DNA from: Burkholderiales bacterium | Lineage (GTDB): Bacteria; Pseudomonadota; Gammaproteobacteria; Burkholderiales; SG8-39 | Assembly (NCBI GenBank): GCA_038329645.1 | Contig: JBBQNG010000002.1 | Location: forward strand, 1-47,413 | DNA: 47,413 nt | Direction: 5' to 3' | Shown here: piece by piece, positions 11,597 through 26,132 of the stretch | How positions within the stretch are numbered: the first letter of the stretch is position 1 | Layout: every line of letters begins with the position of its first letter | Notes under the pieces: generated by a model | Database searches by the model: none | Told to the model about the DNA's origin: nothing | What the model saw: only the letters and a program-made list of their open reading frames with translations | Made by a program: the position numbers and the translations under genes

Positions 11597-11847
11597 GATT
11601 CGTTGCGCCTTGGCACTGGGTCAGTTCCGCCCGCATGCCAGGGATGGCAGCACGCGATGCGTTTTGCGGCAAGCATGGACCCGCGCAGCGCGCCGTGGAG
11701 GCCTATCGCCTCGTCGGCGTATTCCGAGCAGGTGGGATAGAAGCGGCAGCTCGGGCCGAACATCGGGCTCACGAAGTAGCGGTACGCCCGGATCAGGGCG
11801 CGCAATATTGTCTTCACTGCAGCTTGTTCACTTGGCCAGTCTTGCAA
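11593..11847 (-). CDS. yidD: Membrane protein insertion efficiency factor YidD
   Basis: Carries [31 protein letters not shown] and [13 protein letters not shown], the YidD signature. ATGA overlap with the yidC start. The track start at 11847 is a TTG; a GTG at 11815-11817 is an alternative that would not overlap rnpA. Confidence 0.85.
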   Translation of the reverse strand: MQDWPSEQAAVKTILRALIRAYRYFVSPMFGPSCRFYPTCSEYADEAIGLHGALRGSMLAAKRIACCHPWHAGGTDPVPRRNES

Positions 11848-12184
11848 GACAGGTTCTCAATCGCTCTACGGTGCCCGACGAGGCCTTCAGGCCGTACGGC
11901 GGCCGCACGAGCAGATCCAGCGCGCCAAGCTCGCCCTGCGCCTGCCTGAACGCCTCCCTGATGCACCGCTTTATGCGGTTTCGGTCCGATGCGAGGGGCG
12001 CGTGCTTGCGCGAGATCAGGATGCCGAGGCGGGCGACGCCCGCTTCGCGCACGCAAAAGAAGAAGGTGAATCCGTTCAGGCTGCGCCGGGTGCCCCCGCG
12101 CATCAGCGCTTCGAATTCCGCGCTGGTGCGAATGCGCTTGTCCCTGCCGAACCCCGCTTTGCGCGTTGCGCCGGTAGCGGGCAC
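11828..12184 (-). CDS. rnpA: Ribonuclease P protein component
   Basis: 118-aa basic protein ([28 protein letters not shown]), immediately downstream of rpmH in the universal rpmH-rnpA arrangement. GTG start. Confidence 0.85.
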   Translation of the reverse strand: MPATGATRKAGFGRDKRIRTSAEFEALMRGGTRRSLNGFTFFFCVREAGVARLGILISRKHAPLASDRNRIKRCIREAFRQAQGELGALDLLVRPPYGLKASSGTVERLRTCLARLAK

Positions 12185-12208
12185 GCGTGGAAAACGGGCC
12201 CTGCGTCC

Positions 12209-12343
12209 TCAGACCGCCAGGCGCACGCGGCCACGCGCGCGACGAGCGTTGATCACGGCACGGCCACCCGGAGTTTTCATCCGCGCGCGAAACCCATGGG
12301 TGCGGGTGCGACGCGTTTTGGAAGGTTGATAAGTTCGCTTCAT
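12209..12343 (-). CDS. rpmH: 50S ribosomal protein L34
   Basis: The last 44 codons of the 12209..12988 ORF read [44 protein letters not shown], a near-consensus L34. ATG at 12341-12343, preceded by GAGG. Confidence 0.95.
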   Translation of the reverse strand: MKRTYQPSKTRRTRTHGFRARMKTPGGRAVINARRARGRVRLAV

Positions 12344-12370
12344 GACTGCCTCGGGCGCAAAAAGGCGCGT

Positions 12371-12399
12371 ATTACACGCTCTACCTAACCCCTTGTCAA
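12371..12399 (-). promoter_or_regulatory. Candidate sigma70 promoter of the rpmH operon
   Basis: The minus strand reads TTGACA (12399-12394), a 17-nt spacer, then TGTAAT (12376-12371). This places the transcription start about 20 nt upstream of the rpmH ATG. Confidence 0.5.
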
Positions 12400-12440
12400 C
12401 TTTCCGGGAATTTTGGCAGTGACTCGGTTTGAGCCAGCAG

Positions 12441-12449
12441 TTATCCACA
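12441..12449 (+). promoter_or_regulatory. Perfect DnaA box TTATCCACA
   Basis: Exact match to the E. coli-type 9-mer consensus, in the rpmH-dnaA intergenic region. Confidence 0.6.
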
Positions 12450-12609
12450 GCTTCGCCACGGGCCAGGTCTACGCTGGATTTTGCAAATTGCCTGACTTTT
12501 CGGGTGCTCCGGGTTGCCCTGCATACACCCAATTTGACGCCCTGTGGAAACTTCGCGTAACGCACTGAATATACATACGGAGACACCCGCGTTTTTTTGT
12601 CCCGGCGCC

Positions 12610-12618
12610 TGTGGATAA
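12610..12618 (-). promoter_or_regulatory. Perfect DnaA box (TGTGGATAA on the plus strand)
   Basis: Exact reverse complement of TTATCCACA, about 100 bp upstream of the dnaA ATG. It overlaps the -35 of the candidate dnaA promoter. Confidence 0.6.
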
Positions 12619-12640
12619 GTGCCTTCGAAAGGAGTAGAAT
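12612..12640 (+). promoter_or_regulatory. Candidate dnaA promoter
   Basis: TGGATA (12612-12617), a 17-nt spacer, then TAGAAT (12635-12640). The -35 element lies inside a DnaA box, as expected for DnaA autoregulation. Identified by eye only. Confidence 0.35.
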
Positions 12641-12719
12641 CAGGGCCACGAAAAGCGGCCGTTCCCTGGCGGCGCAAGTGCCTACAAAACCGCGCGGCGA
12701 AACACCGAAAATCAATTCA

Positions 12720-14063
12720 ATGCAGAACCTCTGGGACGCCTGTTTGCGCCGCCTTGAACGCGAACTCCCGGCACAACAATTCAACACTTGGATCCGCCCG
12801 CTTACGGTCGACGGAAACGCTTCCGACGCGGGAAGCCTTACGCTTGCGGCCCCGAACCGGTTCGTGCTGGAACTCGTTCGCGAGCGCTTTTCTGGACGGA
12901 TCGAGAGGCTGTTCTCCGAAGAAGGGGTAAAGGCCGTCTCGTTGAAGCTGGTGCTCGCCCGCGGGGCCGATGGCAATGTCCGCGCCACGCCGGTTCAGGT
13001 CCCGAGCGCGGCGGTACCCGCAAAGGTTCCCGCGTCGCTCGAGCGGGCCCGCCTCAACCCCGGCTTTACGTTCGACAGCTTCGTGACTGGCAAGGCGAAC
13101 CAGCTTGCGCGCGCGGCCGCCATCCAGGTGTCCGAGAACCCCGGCATTTCCTATAACCCCCTTTTCGTTTATGGCGGGGTAGGCCTGGGCAAAACCCACC
13201 TCGTACAGGCGATCGGCAATTTTGTCGCCGCGCAGCGCCCCGACGCGAAGATCCGCTATATCCACGCGGAGCAATACGTTACCGATGTGGTCCGTGCATA
13301 CCAGCAAAAATCGTTCGACGAATTCAAACGCTATTACCACTCGCTCGACCTCCTCTTGATCGACGACATCCAGTTCTTCTCCAACAAGGGCCGGACGCAG
13401 GAGGAGTTCTTCTACGCATTCAATGCCCTGGTTGAGGCGCACAAGCAGATCGTCATTACTTGCGACACGTATCCCAAGGAAATCTCGGGTATGGAGGAGC
13501 GCCTGATCTCGCGGTTCGGCTGGGGACTCACTGTGGCGATCGAGCCCCCCGAGCTCGAAATGAGGGTCGCGATAGTGCTCAAGAAGGCCGAAGCCGAGTC
13601 CGTCGTGCTTTCCGAGGACATCGCGTTCTTCATCGCCAAGCACATCCGCTCGAACGTCCGCGAGCTGGAGGGCGCGCTCAAGAAAGTGCTCGCCTACTCC
13701 CGCTTTAATGCGAGAGAGCTGTCGCTCGACCTCGCCAAGGATGCATTGCGCGACATCCTCAATGTCGCCAACCGCCAGATCACCGTTGAGAACATCCAGA
13801 AAACGGTCACGGAGTTCTTCAAGCTGAAGATCTCGGACATGCATTCCAAAAAGCGCAGCCGCAACGTCGCGCGCCCGCGCCAGGTGGCGATGGCGCTTGC
13901 CAAGGAGCTTACTCAGATGAGCCTGCCGGAGATCGGCGAGGCTTTTGGCAACCGGGATCACACCACCGTGCTGCATGCGTGCCGGACGATTGCGACCCTG
14001 CGCAAGCAGGACTCGGTGATGAACCGCGATTACCTTGTTCTTGAACAGGTGCTGAAGGGATGA
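12720..14063 (+). CDS. dnaA: Chromosomal replication initiator protein DnaA
   Basis: 447 aa from the ATG at 12720 ([28 protein letters not shown]). Walker [19 protein letters not shown], sensor and box VII regions, and the C-terminal DNA-binding motif DHTTVLHA. The track ORF start at 12597 is a TTG extension with no DnaA-like sequence. Confidence 0.95.
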   Translation: MQNLWDACLRRLERELPAQQFNTWIRPLTVDGNASDAGSLTLAAPNRFVLELVRERFSGRIERLFSEEGVKAVSLKLVLARGADGNVRATPVQVPSAAVPAKVPASLERARLNPGFTFDSFVTGKANQLARAAAIQVSENPGISYNPLFVYGGVGLGKTHLVQAIGNFVAAQRPDAKIRYIHAEQYVTDVVRAYQQKSFDEFKRYYHSLDLLLIDDIQFFSNKGRTQEEFFYAFNALVEAHKQIVITCDTYPKEISGMEERLISRFGWGLTVAIEPPELEMRVAIVLKKAEAESVVLSEDIAFFIAKHIRSNVRELEGALKKVLAYSRFNARELSLDLAKDALRDILNVANRQITVENIQKTVTEFFKLKISDMHSKKRSRNVARPRQVAMALAKELTQMSLPEIGEAFGNRDHTTVLHACRTIATLRKQDSVMNRDYLVLEQVLKG

Positions 14064-14120
14064 GCGCGAAAATTGTGACGCGCAAATGCGGTAAAAGCTG
14101 TGCAGCGACTGCGTACAGAT

Positions 14121-14129
14121 TGTGGATAA
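14121..14129 (-). promoter_or_regulatory. Perfect DnaA box (TGTGGATAA on the plus strand)
   Basis: Exact consensus 9-mer in the dnaA-dnaN intergenic region. A 2-mismatch box TTATCCCAA follows at 14157-14165. Confidence 0.6.
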
Positions 14130-14235
14130 CCCGGCATTTGCGCGCTTCGGCGAAAGTTATCCCAAACGATGCACAGGCAGTGCACAGGCGGGTTGCGTGC
14201 TTTTCCTACGTGCAAGCTGCTGTGTCGAGAGGGCT

Positions 14236-14292
14236 TTCTATTTTATACATGGAAGTTATGCCCTCTATTAATTATTACCAAGGATATATAAG
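14236..14292. other. Strongly AT-rich tract (candidate DNA-unwinding element and/or dnaN promoter)
   Basis: The sequence is ttctattttatacatggaagttatgccctctattaattattaccaaggatatataag, roughly one quarter G+C by hand count in an otherwise roughly two-thirds G+C window. It contains two similar TCTATT(T/A)(T/A)AT motifs. Confidence 0.4.
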
Positions 14293-20436
<6,144 letters not shown>

Positions 20437-20534
20437 GGATTTTAGGTTTGCCTGCCTTGAAAGGGGGCAGATGATAAGCGCAATGGCGCCGGAATGACAA
20501 CCGACCCCGTCACACGTCGTGCGCTAAAGCGGGG

Positions 20535-20996
20535 TCAGTTCGGCAAGCGGTCCTGCGTGGGCGAGAGCAATTCCTCGGCGATGAGGCTGCTTGCCGGCGT
20601 TTCGAGATTCCACAGCACCATCAACACGATAAGCTTGAGCTGGTCGAGCGACAGCCGGCGTCCCGCGGCGGCCATTGCGCGATCCATTACCAGCTCGCGC
20701 AGAACCGGGTCGAGCACGCCGATGTTTTCCAGGTGCATCACCAGCCCGCGACAGCTCGCATCGAGCTTGGCGCATTCCTTCGGCGCGTAAGTGCGAATTG
20801 CCCGCGCCTGGCCCGGCAGCGGCGCCAGGCTGCGGTGAGGCGCGTGCAGCACACCCGCGAGCCACGAAAGCGCCTCGCTGATGTCCGACTCGTCGAAACC
20901 CGCGGCGGTGAGCTTCCTGGCAATGAGCTCGTTGTCATCTTGTGCGAGATCCGCGCGGTGGCAGTTTTCGAACAGGTAAACAAAGATGTCGTACAT
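20535..20996 (-). CDS. smg: Smg protein (DUF494)
   Basis: 153 aa from the ATG at 20994-20996 (MYDIFVYLFENCHRADLAQDDNELIARKLTAAGFDESDISEALSWL), the typical Smg N-terminus. It sits immediately downstream of dprA in the conserved dprA-smg pairing. The track ORF start at 21110 overlaps dprA and is rejected. Confidence 0.85.
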   Translation of the reverse strand: MYDIFVYLFENCHRADLAQDDNELIARKLTAAGFDESDISEALSWLAGVLHAPHRSLAPLPGQARAIRTYAPKECAKLDASCRGLVMHLENIGVLDPVLRELVMDRAMAAAGRRLSLDQLKLIVLMVLWNLETPASSLIAEELLSPTQDRLPN

Positions 20997-21006
20997 GTTG
21001 TTTTTC

Positions 21007-22080
21007 TCAGGTGAGTCGTTGATAACGCCCGCCGGGTAACGGCGACACCAGCCCGTCGAGCTCCAGACGCAATAACTCTGCCGCGACTTCCTGCGCCGGC
21101 AGCCCAGCACGTGCGCATAGCGAATCGATGTCTACAGGGTCATACCCCATCTGCGCCAGCAATCCCTCGGCGGCCTCCCCTTCTTGCCGGGGCGCTTCGT
21201 CCCGAAGAACCGTGCCCAGCTCGACGAGGACGTCCTCGGCGGCGTCAACGAGCTTGGCGCCTTGCTTGATGAGCGAATGGCAGCCCTTCGAAAGCGGCGA
21301 ATGGATCGAGCCTGGGATAGCGAATACGTCACGGCCCTGCTCCGCAGCCATGCGGGCTGTGATGAGCGAGCCGCTGCCAAGCGCAGCCTCGACCACCAGG
21401 CAGCCGCGCGCGAGCCCGCTTATGAGGCGATTGCGGCGCGGGAAATTGTGGCCGATCGAAGGCGTGCCGACCGGATATTCGCTCAGCAGCAAACCCCGCG
21501 CGACGATCTCGGCAAAAAGCGCAGCGTTGCTTTTCGGGTAGATGACGTCGATGCCGGTACCGAGGATGGCAATCGTCGAGCCCGCCCCGGCAAGCCCGCC
21601 GCGATGGGCGGCTGCGTCTATCCCCAGGGCAAGACCGCTCACTATTGTCAGGCCGCAAGCGCTGAACGCCTTGGCGAATGCTTCGGCATTGCGCAGTCCT
21701 TGCGCAGTACCGTTGCGACTGCCGACTACCGCAAGCGCAGGACGGCCAAGGAGCTCCAGGTTGCCGTGGGCATACAGGAGCACAGGCGGGTCGGGGATTT
21801 CCAGCAGCAGGCGCGGGTATTCGCTGTCGGCCAGCGTCACGACGTGGTGGCCGGGAATCGCAGCCCACGCTAAAGCCCGCTCGACCGCGGCGTCTGCGGA
21901 TCCCGATTTGAGTGCCGCAGCGACGTCGGAATCTGCGGCGTGGGTGAGTTCCGCCGGGGTGGCGCGCAGGATGTGCTCAGGCGGTCCGAAGGCCTTGAGA
22001 AGGCGATGAGTCGTTGCGGCGCCGAGGCCCGGCGTGAGGCAGAGGGTCAACCATGCTGCGAGCCCCGGATCGCCTGTCAT
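21007..22080 (-). CDS. dprA: DNA-processing protein DprA (Smf)
   Basis: 357 aa. Rossmann-like core with LAVVGSRNGT, SGLALGIDAAAHRGGL, FPRRNRLISGL and VVEAALGSGSLITA. Confidence 0.92.
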   Translation of the reverse strand: MTGDPGLAAWLTLCLTPGLGAATTHRLLKAFGPPEHILRATPAELTHAADSDVAAALKSGSADAAVERALAWAAIPGHHVVTLADSEYPRLLLEIPDPPVLLYAHGNLELLGRPALAVVGSRNGTAQGLRNAEAFAKAFSACGLTIVSGLALGIDAAAHRGGLAGAGSTIAILGTGIDVIYPKSNAALFAEIVARGLLLSEYPVGTPSIGHNFPRRNRLISGLARGCLVVEAALGSGSLITARMAAEQGRDVFAIPGSIHSPLSKGCHSLIKQGAKLVDAAEDVLVELGTVLRDEAPRQEGEAAEGLLAQMGYDPVDIDSLCARAGLPAQEVAAELLRLELDGLVSPLPGGRYQRLT

Positions 22081-22143
22081 GCACGCCGCGGGCGGTGCAG
22101 CAGCGCCGGTCCGCGCCGCGGCCGGCCTGAGGAAGGGAGTCGT

Positions 22144-23214
22144 CTAGGGAGTCTGGACAACATCCAGCGCGTTGACCGGCCTGGAGACATCCATGACCAG
22201 CGCATACGATACGCGGTCGAATACCCGGAAGACGAATACCAGCCCGTACCGCTCGTCGGGGATCCTCATCGAGTTCGCGTCCGCCGCGTCGTAACCAGGC
22301 GAGGCGCGCGTCCGAGCGATCGGGGCGCCCAGGCGCAGGAGCGCCAGGACATGGCCGACTTCGATCCCGTCGGCCTGGCCGCGGTTGAGCGTGATCACCG
22401 AGTTGCGGCTGCCTTCGCCGACCGTGCCGACGCCCCCGTATATGCCCATGACCCTCCCGCGGATAGGCCCGTTCGGGGCATGCGGGGCGTAGTTCGGAAT
22501 CTGCGGCTGCCCGGCGGCGACGAGCCGGTCGCCGGTGGTGATTTCTTGGTTGGCGGAAATTATTTCGATGGTCGAGGGCTCGCCGAGCCTGCGCACGCGC
22601 GCTGAACCGAGGAATGTCGCCTCGTAACCCACGGTCAGGTTGTTGTCGGGATCCACAAGCGGCTTGCCGCGCCGGTAGACGTGCCAGGTTTCTTCCTTGG
22701 CGTTCGACAGGCCGCGCACGTAAGCTGTGTTGCCTGCGCCCAGAACGACCCGGTTTTCCTGCGTCGCGACGATCATCGGCGCGTTGTCCAGGCCATTGGG
22801 CTCGATCACTAGGGGCCGGGTCAGGTAGGGCTCGATGATGGCCGAGGGAATGCTCGGGATGGCTTCGGTCGCGGTGCGCTCCTCGCGCACCCTCGGTGAG
22901 AGCTTCAGGGTATCCGAAGAGATGACCTGCAGCTGGCCCTTGGAGCGGTCCAGAACTAGGACGTCGCCCGGGTAGATGCGATTGGGGTTGCGGAGGGTGT
23001 CGCGGTTCATGTTCCACAACGCCGGCCAGCGTTGCGGTGCGCTCAGGTAGCGCTCCGAAATCGACCAGAGGGTGTCTCCCTGGATGACGGTGTAGCGGTC
23101 GGGGGCGGTCGGCTTCAGTTCGGCCGGCGCAACCTGTCCGAAGGCCTCGCCTCCGAGCCCTGAACATAGGACAAAAGCCAGCGTTGTGATAGACTTACGC
23201 AACTGTTCCCGCAT
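22144..23214 (-). CDS. LysM domain-containing periplasmic protein
   Basis: Start at the ATG 23212-23214 gives a signal peptide (MREQLRKSITTLAFVLCSGLGGEAFGQ), then a LysM motif YTVIQGDTLWSISERYL...IYPGDVLVL. It diverges from def, as in many proteobacteria. Confidence 0.8.
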   Translation of the reverse strand: MREQLRKSITTLAFVLCSGLGGEAFGQVAPAELKPTAPDRYTVIQGDTLWSISERYLSAPQRWPALWNMNRDTLRNPNRIYPGDVLVLDRSKGQLQVISSDTLKLSPRVREERTATEAIPSIPSAIIEPYLTRPLVIEPNGLDNAPMIVATQENRVVLGAGNTAYVRGLSNAKEETWHVYRRGKPLVDPDNNLTVGYEATFLGSARVRRLGEPSTIEIISANQEITTGDRLVAAGQPQIPNYAPHAPNGPIRGRVMGIYGGVGTVGEGSRNSVITLNRGQADGIEVGHVLALLRLGAPIARTRASPGYDAADANSMRIPDERYGLVFVFRVFDRVSYALVMDVSRPVNALDVVQTP

Positions 23215-23295
23215 GGAGCCCCCGCTGTCCGGCCAGCCGGTAAAACGCGCTTGATAAACCATTTTGCCGCCCAAATGTAGCATAACGCCCAGGCA

Positions 23296-23328
23296 ATTTA
23301 CATACCGCATTAGATTGTGTATGTAAAT
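23296..23328. promoter_or_regulatory. 10-bp perfect inverted repeat ATTTACATAC-N13-GTATGTAAAT in the LysM/def divergent promoter region
   Basis: Read directly: arms at 23296-23305 and 23319-23328. It ends 31 bp upstream of the def ATG. Confidence 0.35.
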
Positions 23329-23359
23329 CGCTCAGTCAGCAAGCTTATTTCCACTTCAA

Positions 23360-23863
23360 ATGTCGATTCTCAATATCCTGCGCTATCCCGACGCCCGCCT
23401 CCATAAGGCGGCCGCGCCCGTGACCGTTTTCGACGCCAGCCTCAAAAAGCTGGCGTCCGATCTTGCCGAGACGATGTACGTTGCGCCGGGCGTTGGCCTC
23501 GCAGCGTCCCAGGTCGACGTCCACAAGCAGGTGATCGTGGTGGACGTCTCGGAGCGCAGGGACTCCCTCGTTACCCTGGTCAACCCGGAAATCATCGAAA
23601 GTTACGGGGAATCCGACATCGAGGAAGGATGCCTTTCGGTGCCGGGGATCTACGACACCGTGCCGCGCGCCGAGCGGGTGAAGGTGCGCGCGTGGGATGC
23701 CAACGGCAAGTCCTTCATCCTTGAGGCCCAGGGCCTGCTGGCCGTTTGCATCCAGCACGAGATGGACCATCTCAAGGGCAAGGTGTTTGTCGAATACCTC
23801 TCGCAGCTGAAGCAGACGCGCGTGCGTGCCAGGCTCGCCAAGCAGTTGAGAAAGAGCGCCTAA
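23360..23863 (+). CDS. def: Peptide deformylase
   Basis: 167 aa. Carries the three PDF motifs [16 protein letters not shown] and QHEMDHL. Confidence 0.95.
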   Translation: MSILNILRYPDARLHKAAAPVTVFDASLKKLASDLAETMYVAPGVGLAASQVDVHKQVIVVDVSERRDSLVTLVNPEIIESYGESDIEEGCLSVPGIYDTVPRAERVKVRAWDANGKSFILEAQGLLAVCIQHEMDHLKGKVFVEYLSQLKQTRVRARLAKQLRKSA

Positions 23864-23923
23864 CTTCCCCGTTTTTCAGCGCCGCAGATCCGGCCGCGCT
23901 CGCCCCACCGGATTCCCACGCCG

Positions 23924-24856
23924 ATGCGCCTAGTGTTCGCAGGCACCCCGCACTTTGCCGAGCGAGCGCTGGCAGCGCTCCTGGCTGCCGGCCACGATAT
24001 CGCGCTGGTGCTGACCCAGCCCGATCGCAAAGCCGGACGAGGGATGCACAAGGCGATGAGCCCCGTCAAGAAACTGGCGCTCGAGCGGGGCCTGGCGATC
24101 GCTCAACCCGAATCCTTGCGCAACGCAGATGCGGTAGACCAGCTGCGCGCTGCGTGTCCCGAGGCCATGGTGGTCGCCGCATATGGCCTCATTCTTCCGC
24201 AAACCGTTCTCGACTTGCCCGGGCTGGGGGCGTTCAACATCCATGCGTCGTTGTTGCCTCGATGGCGCGGCGCTGCCCCCATCCAGCGCGCGATCCTAGC
24301 CGGCGATGCCGAAACCGGCATCACCATCATGCAGATGGACGCAGGTCTCGATACCGGCCCCATGCTTGCTCGCCAGGCCATTGCGATCGAGCTCGATGAC
24401 AGCTCGCTTTCGCTTCATGACAAGCTTGCCGACCTCGGCGGCAAGATGATCGTGGACGCGTTGCGCAACGTGCAATCGAAGGCGGTTGTCGCTCAAGCCC
24501 AGCCCGCCGACGGCGTCACCCATGCGCGCAAAATCGAAAAAAGAGAGGCCGCGCTGGATTGGCGCAGATCCGCCCGGGACCTTGACCGTGCAGTGCGCGC
24601 TTTCAACCCGGCGCCGGGCGCGCATGTTGCCCACGACGGCAACGACATCAAGGTATGGCGCGCGCACGCGATCGCAGGCGCCGGAGATCCGGGCTACGTG
24701 CAAACCTGTGGCGCGGAGGGCATCGCGGTGTCGTGCGCACAAGGCGCGTTGATGCTGACCGAATTGCAGCGAGCGGGGGGCAAACGGCTCGCCGCTCGCG
24801 AATTCCTGCGCGGCTATCCGCTCGCTCCCGGCGCGCGCTTTGCGCTGCCGGCCTGA
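23924..24856 (+). CDS. fmt: Methionyl-tRNA formyltransferase
   Basis: 310 aa. MRLVFAGTPHFA and NIHASLLPRWRGAAPIQRAI. Located in the def-fmt-rsmB context. Confidence 0.95.
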   Translation: MRLVFAGTPHFAERALAALLAAGHDIALVLTQPDRKAGRGMHKAMSPVKKLALERGLAIAQPESLRNADAVDQLRAACPEAMVVAAYGLILPQTVLDLPGLGAFNIHASLLPRWRGAAPIQRAILAGDAETGITIMQMDAGLDTGPMLARQAIAIELDDSSLSLHDKLADLGGKMIVDALRNVQSKAVVAQAQPADGVTHARKIEKREAALDWRRSARDLDRAVRAFNPAPGAHVAHDGNDIKVWRAHAIAGAGDPGYVQTCGAEGIAVSCAQGALMLTELQRAGGKRLAAREFLRGYPLAPGARFALPA

Positions 24857-26119
24857 GTGAAAGCCCCCGAGCTCTCGGCCGTTTTCGCTGGCGCCGCCCG
24901 ACTCGTTGCACGCGTGGCCTGCGGCGAAAGCCTGGCTGCGCTGCCCGCGGCATTCGGCGCGGACGCGCCCATGCGGGGGGCCGTCATGGACATGGTCTAC
25001 GGCACGCTGCGCCGTTACGGCAGGGGCGATGCGCTGCTCGATGTGCTTGCGCATCGTGGCGTGCCCGACGTACAAATTCGGGCGCTCCTGCTCTGCGCGC
25101 TGTACGCGATCGAGTCCGACAGCTATGCGGGCCACGTCGCGGTCGACCAGGCAGTGCGCGCTTGCCGCGTGCTAGGCAACGCACCTGCGACGGGCTTCGT
25201 AAATGCGCTGCTGCGCAGGTTCCTGCGCGAGCGCGCGATGCTTGAAGCGCGGCTCGCCGACGATCCCGTTGCCTGTCAAATGCATCCGGACTGGTGGATC
25301 AAGGCGGTGCAGCGCGCTTTTCCCGCCGACTGGCCGGCAGTCCTCGCCGCCGGGAACACTCATCCGCCGATGGCACTGCGGGTCAACCGCCGCCGCACCA
25401 CTCCGCAGGCTTACGCTGCGCGGCTCGAGGCAGAGGCAATCCAGGCGCAGCAGGCGGGAGGCTCGGCCCTCCGCCTCGCCACTCCGGTGAGCGTCGAGCG
25501 CCTGCCAGGGTTCGCTGCGGGCGATGTATCGGTGCAGGACCCGGGCGCCCAGCTCGCCGCCGCATACCTCGACCTCGCCGACGGCCAGCGCGTTCTCGAT
25601 TCCTGTGCGGCCCCGGGCGGCAAAACCGGCCACATCCTCGAGACTGCCGCGGTCGACCTGTTAGCACTGGACTCCGATGCGTCGCGCTGCGAGCGCATCC
25701 GGCAGAATCTCGCGCGGCTTGGGCTCTCAGCACGGGTCGAAGCGGCGGATTGCACCCGGCCAGACCAATGGTGGGACGGCCGCTCCTTCGACCGTGTCCT
25801 TGCCGACGTGCCCTGCACAGCTTCAGGCATCGCGCGTCGCCATCCGGACATCAAATGGCTGCGCCGACCCGGCGACCCGGCGCAATTCGCGGCGGCCCAG
25901 CTGCGCATTCTCGCGGCTCTGTGGCGGGTGCTCGCGCCGGGTGGTAAATTGCTTTACGTGACCTGTTCTGTGTTTGCCGAGGAGAACGCCGCGGTCGCAG
26001 ACGCTTTTTGCGCGTCGCAGCCTGGGGCCAGCAGGCTGGCTCTGCCGGGAGACGCGCCGGCGCAGGTGCTGCCGAGCGCCGGCAACGACGGCTTTTTTTT
26101 CGCTCTCATACAAAAATAA
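24857..26119 (+). CDS. rsmB: 16S rRNA (cytosine967-C5)-methyltransferase RsmB
   Basis: 420 aa. The GTG start abuts the fmt TGA. N-terminal NusB-like region, SAM-binding VLDSCAAPGGKT, and the catalytic Cys motifs DVPCTASG and LLYVTCS. Confidence 0.92.
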   Translation: MKAPELSAVFAGAARLVARVACGESLAALPAAFGADAPMRGAVMDMVYGTLRRYGRGDALLDVLAHRGVPDVQIRALLLCALYAIESDSYAGHVAVDQAVRACRVLGNAPATGFVNALLRRFLRERAMLEARLADDPVACQMHPDWWIKAVQRAFPADWPAVLAAGNTHPPMALRVNRRRTTPQAYAARLEAEAIQAQQAGGSALRLATPVSVERLPGFAAGDVSVQDPGAQLAAAYLDLADGQRVLDSCAAPGGKTGHILETAAVDLLALDSDASRCERIRQNLARLGLSARVEAADCTRPDQWWDGRSFDRVLADVPCTASGIARRHPDIKWLRRPGDPAQFAAAQLRILAALWRVLAPGGKLLYVTCSVFAEENAAVADAFCASQPGASRLALPGDAPAQVLPSAGNDGFFFALIQK

Positions 26120-26132
26120 TCCGATCAACGCC

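Noticed and set aside
12597-12719. TTG-initiated N-terminal extension of dnaA (41 extra residues)
   Set aside because: The extension has no DnaA-like sequence and would include the DnaA box and the candidate promoter. The conserved N-terminus begins at the ATG at 12720.
12344-12988. Upstream 215 codons of the 259-aa ORF that ends as rpmH
   Set aside because: Only the last 44 codons encode L34. The extension crosses the rpmH promoter, the DnaA boxes and the 5' end of dnaA on the opposite strand.
20997-21110. Longer N-terminal versions of several ORFs: smg to 21110, FAH gene to 42524, pcaB from 39228, thioesterase from 37697, DUF4390 from 25974, LysM gene to 23310
   Set aside because: Each extension overlaps the neighbouring well-supported gene or a promoter region and translates to Arg-rich, non-homologous sequence. 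In every case an internal ATG reproduces the conserved family N-terminus.
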